A DNA stretch of 64,000 nucleotides from Octopus vulgaris (taxonomy: Eukaryota): assembly GCA_951406725.2 (NCBI GenBank), contig OX597828.1:70370001-70434000 (forward strand), written 5' to 3'. The notes beneath the pieces are model-generated. The model made no database searches. It saw only the letters and a program-made list of their open reading frames with translations, and was not told the origin of the DNA. Shown here piece after piece: positions 56,491 to 64,000 of this stretch; the stretch's first letter is position 1; each line of letters starts with the position of its first letter. Position numbers and translations under genes: made by a program.

Positions 56491-59187
56491 GTAAGTTTGA
56501 TACCTACCTCTCTCTCGCACACATCTCCACATTTATAAAAGAGGATGTGAGGAAGAGGTTCAGTTTTCGTTTTCAACATCTCTTACAGCGAACAAGACAA
56601 TCCTCCAGTTTTAGGAAGAATCCTTCATATTACCTTATTAACCATTTTGTTACCATATTTCTGTTTCAATTAATTTTGAAGATAATAAATAATTTCATAG
56701 AACAGCCATGGCATTATTAACATTTTATTTGGGAAATGAATTCACATGAAATTTTATCATGGTATTAACAACAGAGATGTTGTCATGTCCTCAGCTTGAC
56801 CAAAAGGTCCCCTCCAAACTCCAAAGTGTTTTTTATTGATTTCTTACACACTGTACACGTGTGTGTGTGTGTGTGTGCATGTGTGTGTGTGTGTGTGTGT
56901 CTGTGCAAGATGGAGGAACTGGAATGATACCATTGATCGTTGTTGGTGCAGAAGCCATGCATTATTGATGCATTATTGATGCATTATTGATGTCAGTGTG
57001 CATGTCATACCTTGACAGTCTTCAATGCATTGAGAATCAACACCTATTTGCAGTTTGTAGATTACCAGAAGAAGGTATTCTTCCAGAATGATGCAGGAAT
57101 ATAAACAAGAGGGAAACTGAAATGAAGATTCCTGAATGATGCTAAGGACTGGGAAGTGTGGGCTGATTTGGAAGCACCACTCATGTTTTGGAATCATAAA
57201 CCAATAATGGGGCAATGCCAACATTATGACTTGGTTGACCTTGACAGAGAGCAAAATCTGATTCTTTATTTGGCTGTGGGAGGGCAATATGAAAGAAAAG
57301 TGTTATTGGATGGCAGACATTGTGATTCATGTGTAATATAAGGATGACAGAGCACAGTGATTTCATTTAAGGTGAGACAGGTTTATTGCTAGATCTATAG
57401 CAGACATTGTGGGACATTCAAATAAATGTCACCATTATTTTGCTATTTCCCAACAAATAGAATTACTTGCTCCGGCAGTGTCGTGTAGCCTTGATGTCAA
57501 CAGAGAACATTCTGGTGATTTGGGCCCACAGTAAACTATGTTTTTTTCTCTCTCTCTTATCCTTATAATCCATCTACTTCTTGCATCATACCAGAGTAAC
57601 TATCCAAACCATGAAGCAAATATTCTTGTACAGAAGAGTTGTTTTATTTGCTTCAGTCATTATCTTCACATACCTCTACCATATTCATGACAAAGCATTT
57701 TCTGCTTCACTCTATCATTCTTTAATCATACAAACACACACACATGTGTTTGTTTGTTTATATATATATATATATATATATAAATCGCTGCTGTTGCTTT
57801 TCACTTGAAATTCAGTAACAATCCAGAACCATCTTGGGTCCTGCTACAAACATAACCCTCACACCACCAGTGATATGAAGTTGTCTTCATACATTTATTA
57901 ATGTTGGAAGCATTCTTTCATCCTTACACTATTAATGGAGGAAGTTCTGAATTTGGGATGGAATGGCAAAAAAACATATTCAATTGTTTAATTTCAGGTC
58001 ACTCTGACACAGCATATGCTGTTGTCATTGTTGTTATGTTTTTGTGAAAATGTTCAAAATGATGCTATAGTAGAAAGGTGTTTCACATGTTAATTCCATT
58101 GGCCATCACAAGTCATGTGGCCTTAATAGTCCATATGTTGAGAGGAGAGACCAGGAGAGTTGCTCAGGGAAAGAAATCACTTCCAACTTACATTTGATGC
58201 TGAGGTTTCTTGATTTTCAAGGGAGGTCACTCTAAAGGTTTATTTTCAAGAAAGACTTGACTCTCCATAAACTGCCATTGCTCAAATTACAAACAAAGCT
58301 ATTCAAAGCCATAATGTGTGTGTCTGTGTGTCTGTCTGTGTGTAAACATATCTCTTTTTCTCTTGTTCTTGTTTCAGTCATTTGATTGTGGCTATCCTGG
58401 AGCTCCACCTTTAGTTGAGCAAATTGACCCCAGAGCTTATTCTTTGTAAGCCCAGCAATTATTCTATCGGTCTGTTTTACCGAACCCCTAAGCTACAAGG
58501 ATGTAAACACACCAGCATTGGCTGTCAAGCAATGGTGGGGGGACGGACAAGCAGACACACAAACATATACATACACATACATATACGTATATATACATAT
58601 ACGACAGGCATCTTCCAGATTCCATCTACCAAATCCACTGACAAGGCTTTGGTTGGCCCAAGGCTATAGTAGAAGACACTTGCCCAAGGTGCCATGCAGT
58701 GGTACTGAACCTGGAACCATGTGGTTCGTAAGCAAGCTACTTACCATACAGACATCCCTGTGCTTATTTATTTCTTCTTTTACTTGTTTCAATCATTTTG
58801 ACTGCAACCATGTTAAAGCACATACACACACACACAGTTAAAAATTGTCTAAAGTCGTAAGACGCCCGCTGTTTTTGTCCTGCTTGCCATTCTTGTTTTT
58901 TATTTCTATTTTTCGTTTCTTGTATTTATATTCGGGTGGCATCCTGTCTTTGTTTTGTATACATTTGATCCTCTTTCCAAGAAATCTAATGCCTGTGGCT
59001 TAGTTTTTCCTTGGGGCTGGCCGGTTCGGAGTGATATCGAGATTAAACAGCTGAAATTGCTAAGATGATCCGGTTCCGACTGAAGATTAGAGGCTTCGAG
59101 TGACCCGTCTGTTTTCTTTGTGTCATCTCTTTGTGTGTTTTTGCGTTCTTGTCCCACTTTGTAATTTATATTTTATATTTAATTTCT

Positions 59188-59309
<122 letters not shown>

Positions 59310-59579
59310 GCATGTATATATAATATACATATATACATATATATAATATAGATACATTTGCATATATATAAACGCAGAAATGTGTGGGGTGGGTATAAGA
59401 GTGTGTATAATCATTATTTACTGTAAACTCCAAATTACAAAATATAAATTTGAACAATGTTGTGAAATTTATGTTGTATGATGTTTATACGGTTTATTTT
59501 GAACCATCCATCCTCCCAGATTCTCAGATTCCCATCTTTAAGTATCATTATTAAATTTTGGTATTCTTACCGTTTTCAG

Positions 59580-59764
59580 TCCTGATCACAAACGCCGTAC
59601 CAGATACGTCAGTTGCACCCTTAACCCTGAATGGCATCAAAATCTAGTCTTCCAGAATCTCAGTCGAGATGATCTCAAAACCAAAATCTTGGAAATCACA
59701 GTGTGGGATTACGACCGGTTCAAACCCAATGATTTCCTTGGTCAAGTTGTCATAGACCTAAAAG
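59580..59764 (+). CDS. PCLO: Piccolo-like gene, C2A domain exon 2
   Basis: Acceptor cgttttcag and donor gtatgt; phase 2 to 1. SPDHKRRTRYVSCTLNPEWHQNLVFQNLSRDDLKTKILEITVWDYDRFKPNDFLGQVVIDLK. Confidence 0.95.
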
Positions 59765-59969
59765 GTATGTATGGAACCCCCCTCCCCCCTGCACCACCAC
59801 TACTACCACCACCACCACCACCACCACCTATCCCTGCTTCCAGTCCAGTTTCGATTCTCATCTATGTCATGTGAGTGAGAGTTTAGTGAGACAAGGAAAA
59901 TTTTGATGTCTTTCAATCATCATCATCATCATCATCATCATCATTACTATCACCATGATGACCATCATC

Positions 59970-60001
<32 letters not shown>

Positions 60002-60383
60002 CATCATCACCACCACCACCACCATCATCATCATCACTATCATCATCATCACCATCATCACCACCACCGCCGCCGCCACCACAACCACCACCACCATCAT
60101 CATCATCACCATCTTCATCATCACCATCATCATCATCACCATCATCATCACCACCATCATCATCATCAACAGCAGCACTAGCAGCATTACTATTATTGTC
60201 ATCATCATCATCATCATCATCAACAGCAGCACTAGCAGCATTACTATCGTTGTCATCATCAGCAGCATCCTCCTTTTGTTTTTTCAGACAGTTGATCGTA
60301 ATTTGTGGAAGATTTGGTTGATATTTCTAGTTGTCTGATTGCCTGCATAAAAGTTCCCTTGTTGAGCCATCAGTAAACGTATT

Positions 60384-60457
<74 letters not shown>

Positions 60458-60803
60458 AACTTATCTATGATACATTATCAATAAGCCATGTTATCAATAA
60501 GCCATGTTACGATTTGTGATCTGCATAACAATATAAGTTGTTATATGTGTTGTGATACATGAACTGACACAACATGTCACACAGATTCTGTCACTGCGAT
60601 ACATATGTCACTCAACACAACGCAGCACATCACAGGCTGTCAAACCTACTTTGATACACAATGTGTGACACAGAAGCTATAAAAACAATTTCTGTCACTT
60701 ACTGAGACACAAGATGTTGTGACACATATCATGACACATGCTGTAACACACAACCAACTCTGTAACATGATTGTAACATAATCTCTGTATCGCTGTATTT
60801 CAG

Positions 60804-61018
60804 ATGATTGCTTCATCGATAGCCAGTCTCACTGGTACCGTCTGTGTCAACAAAATGACGCCCTAGCCAGTACAGATCTACCAAAACCTACAGTTGGACC
60901 TCATTATTTTCGCCCCATGACCATCACCGACAGTCAAATGTCCCACCACAGGATTGGTGAATACCCAACAGCTCCACGCCGATATCATACTCAAGCTCGT
61001 TCCCAACACACCACTCAG
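60804..61018 (+). CDS. PCLO: Piccolo-like gene, end of C2A plus linker
   Basis: Acceptor gtatttcag and donor CAG|gtaaat; phase 1 to 0. DDCFIDSQSHWYRLCQQ... carries the terminal C2 WYxL strand. Confidence 0.88.
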
Positions 61019-61209
61019 GTAAATCTCACCTTTGCGTTTTCTCTCCCTCTTCTTTCTTTCTTTCTTTCTACTCTATCTCAGCATAAACACCACAACTTCC
61101 TATTTTTCCTACCTGCTGCAATTTGGAATATTTCTTTTATTGATTGATTATGTCTATACAGTGCAACTCTGTCAGTATATTATTGGTTAGTTGTGCCTGG
61201 TGGTAGCTA

Positions 61210-61398
61210 TCATCATCATCGTTTAACGTCTGTTCTCCATGCTAGCATGGGTTGGACGGTTCGACCGGGGATCTGTGAAGCCAGAAGGCTGCACCAGGCT
61301 CCAGTCTGATCTGGCAGTGTTTCTACAGCTGGATGCCCTTCCTAACGTCAACCACTCCGTGAGTGTAGTGGGTGCTTTTTATGTGCCACCTGCACAGC
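61210..61398 (-). mobile_element. Interspersed repeat family C (SINE/LINE 3' tail ending in GAT repeats)
   Basis: catcatcgtttaacgtc..ccatgctagcatgggttggacgg...cagctggatgcccttcctaacg. Related copies at 1-300, 28870-29110, 31945-32190 and 48795-48945, and in opposite orientation at 20215-20315 and 45790-45965. Confidence 0.82.
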
Positions 61399-61911
61399 TA
61401 ATGTAATAAAATAACAAAACTGGTCTGTTGGGCAGTTATGTACCTTTCCACTCCACTCAAACTCACACACCTGAGGAAGAGTTTCACTCAACGGAGATTA
61501 ACTGATGGCTCAACTGGCCAAAACTTCGAAGTCACTGTCAATAATATTCTTATTTAACAGTAATAAATATATGTCTAAGTATATATATATATATATATTT
61601 GTGTATATGTACATATATATATTCATACATATACATATGTGTGTGTGTATATATATATTTATGTATAAGAGCTTTTATTAATCGCTACAATAGTTTCAAC
61701 ACATCTAGCATCCATCTTAATAAATTGTATTTATGTGTTTGTGTGTGTCTGTATGTACGCACACGCAATACTTTTGAAGATCGCACAACACTTTTAGTAG
61801 AGTATATTTATTTTTACAAAGCAAAGCAAAGGTAGACAGTGGCTTTGAAGATCTGTCATCATATATAATATACATATACATAGATATACATAGATATATA
61901 CATACATACAT

Positions 61912-61958
<47 letters not shown>

Positions 61959-61959
61959 C

Positions 61960-62016
<57 letters not shown>

Positions 62017-62217
62017 CATACACACACACATATATATATATATATATAAATATATACATATATGTATGTATGTATGAATGTATGTATGTATGTATTTATG
62101 TATGTATATATGTACATATGTATGTAATGTATGTATGTATATGAAAGGCTTACGCACACTTTCTTTTGACCAAATTTCACACATAAGGTTTTGATTACCC
62201 CATGACCATCGTAGAAT

Positions 62218-62547
62218 AAGATGGAGTGAAAATAAAATAGTGTAAGAAATCAAAAATGCCTAAGGACTGAAGCGTTGCTATATTTGATCACTAGAAAAAT
62301 GCTAAAATTTTTGCTGAGATCAATCAAGGGCATTTACTCCCTCAAGCACCTTAAAAATCCCAAAATGGGAATTTTTTGTAAATTTTTTAACAATAGCGGA
62401 GTTTGTGGAGGGGGGCAGGGTGAGGGAGTAAATGACCTGAACTGATCTAAGCAAAAATTTAGCATCTTTCTAGTAAATAAAAAAGCAACATTTTTAGCCC
62501 TCAGGCATTTTCAATTTTCACAAATTTTTTATTTTCATTCCACCCTA
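62218..62547. mobile_element. Long-TIR MITE
   Basis: actagaaaaatgctaaaatttttgctgagatca..catttactccctca is mirrored by tgagggagtaaatg..tgatctaagcaaaaatttagcatctttctagt. Confidence 0.72.
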
Positions 62548-62753
62548 TTGTGGAAGACATTTGCTCAAAGTATTGATCACTGGAACCAAATCCAGAACTA
62601 AGTTATTATGAAACAAAAAACTCAGCCACAAGGCCATGGCTATATCAGTATTTTTTTCAGTGGATCTATTTATTCTAAATATTTGTCATGTAAACCATTA
62701 AATGTTTCCATTGATCACCAATTTTCATTTCTGATAATATTTTCCACTTTTAG

Positions 62754-62820
62754 ATGCAAGAATCAGCAATGGAACCTGAAGTTAAACGTAGAAAATCTAT
62801 TGGTACCATAGCAGAAGATC
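62754..62820 (+). CDS. PCLO: Piccolo-like gene, post-C2A linker exon
   Basis: Acceptor ttttccacttttag and donor gtaagt; phase 0 to 1. MQESAMEPEVKRRKSIGTIAED. Gene continues beyond the window. Confidence 0.78.
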
Positions 62821-63294
62821 GTAAGTGTAGCTTCTATTTCTAGCATCTTTCATTGAAATGTCAGGATTTTCTCCTTTATTTGTTTGTTTTTTGCTTTTGT
62901 GTCTTTAAGGGAAGGAGTTGAAGTTTTCTTGATCCCATCTACCATTGTTGGTGCCAAGGGCAAATGATTTATCCCTGGGTAAAACATTATAGGTTACCAT
63001 TGGGTCTTTGGAAATGTAGGGTCCATACCTCATGATGGTACTGAAAATGCATTGAGTGGACTGGTTAGCATTAGGGAGGGCATGTAGCCATAGAAACCAT
63101 GTCAAAACAGTGGAAAATTGGAAAATTGGAATGTATGAGGAAGGCATTATCCAGTGCCCAGGAGAACTGTAACACAGAATAAGAACTGTCTTGGACCATG
63201 AGAACTTGGTGCCAGCATAAAGAATGGACAGAAAACAATGATGAGGATGATGATGATATGTGTGTGAATACATATATACATATATATGTATATG

Positions 63295-63368
<74 letters not shown>

Positions 63369-63435
63369 TATACATGTGTATAATATAAATATATACATGC
63401 ATACATATATACATACATATATACATATATATATG

Positions 63436-63483
<48 letters not shown>

Positions 63484-63509
63484 AATATATATGTATACTT
63501 TTATTCTTT

Positions 63510-63761
63510 TACTCTTTTACTTCTTTCAGTCATTTGACTGTGGCCATGCTGGAGCACTGCCTATAGTCGCGCAAATCAACCCCATGACTTGTTCTTTGTA
63601 AGCCTACTACTTATTCTATCAGTCTCTTTTGCCAAACCGCTAAGTTACCGTGACGTAAACACACCAGCATCAGTTGTCAAGTGATGTTGGGGGGAGAAAC
63701 AAAGACACGCAAACATGCACACACACACATACAAACACACACACACGCACACACACACACG

Positions 63762-63811
<50 letters not shown>

Positions 63812-63990
63812 CACCAATACATGTATACGACAGGCTTCTTTCAGTTTCCATCTACCAAATCCACTCACAAGGCTTTGGTCAGCCTTAGGCTATAGTAGAA
63901 GATACTTTCCCAAGGTGCCATGTAGTGGGACTGAACCTGGAACCATGTGGTTCGTAAGCAAGCTACTTATCACACAGCCACTCCTGCACC
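63510..63990 (-). mobile_element. tRNA-derived SINE family B (CORE-like, internal CA/TA microsatellite)
   Basis: Minus strand ggagtggctgtgtg...ggttcagtccc...ccttggg; tail gctccagcatggccacagtcaaatgactgaa. Other copies near 3908-4080(+), 12610-12700(-), 28078-28465(+), 46490-46945(-), 48285-48445(-) and 58362-58750(-). Confidence 0.85.
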
Positions 63991-64000
63991 TATGCATATA

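Noticed and set aside
56930-58310. Possible old Tc1/mariner remnants
   Set aside because: Only faint motif hints; too decayed to support boundaries or family.

Overview
AT-rich, microsatellite-saturated animal genomic DNA. The repeat landscape (huge TA/TATG/CA/TAA/GGT/CAT tracts and several tRNA-derived SINE families) suggests an octopus; this is an inference. Almost all ORFs in the supplied track are microsatellite artefacts. The window lies inside one large plus-strand gene. Eight GT-AG exons (4848-62820) join in frame into about 362 codons covering the C-terminal half of a PDZ domain, a linker with a GVDPxQLAAxL motif and a complete C2 domain with all five Ca2+-ligand aspartates. This is a Piccolo/Fife-type presynaptic active-zone protein that extends beyond both window ends. 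The introns hold decayed mariner and maT transposons, R4/Dong-type LINE ends in (TAA)n, RTE fragments, a Penelope (GIY-YIG) fragment, MITEs and many SINEs. The most unusual signal is a set of at least six type I hammerhead-ribozyme motifs beside TA/TAA tracts. Two of them are duplicated head-to-head as near-perfect palindromes (31689-31822, 43721-43928), so each strand encodes a ribozyme preceded by its own antisense copy. One is linked to a tRNA-derived head.
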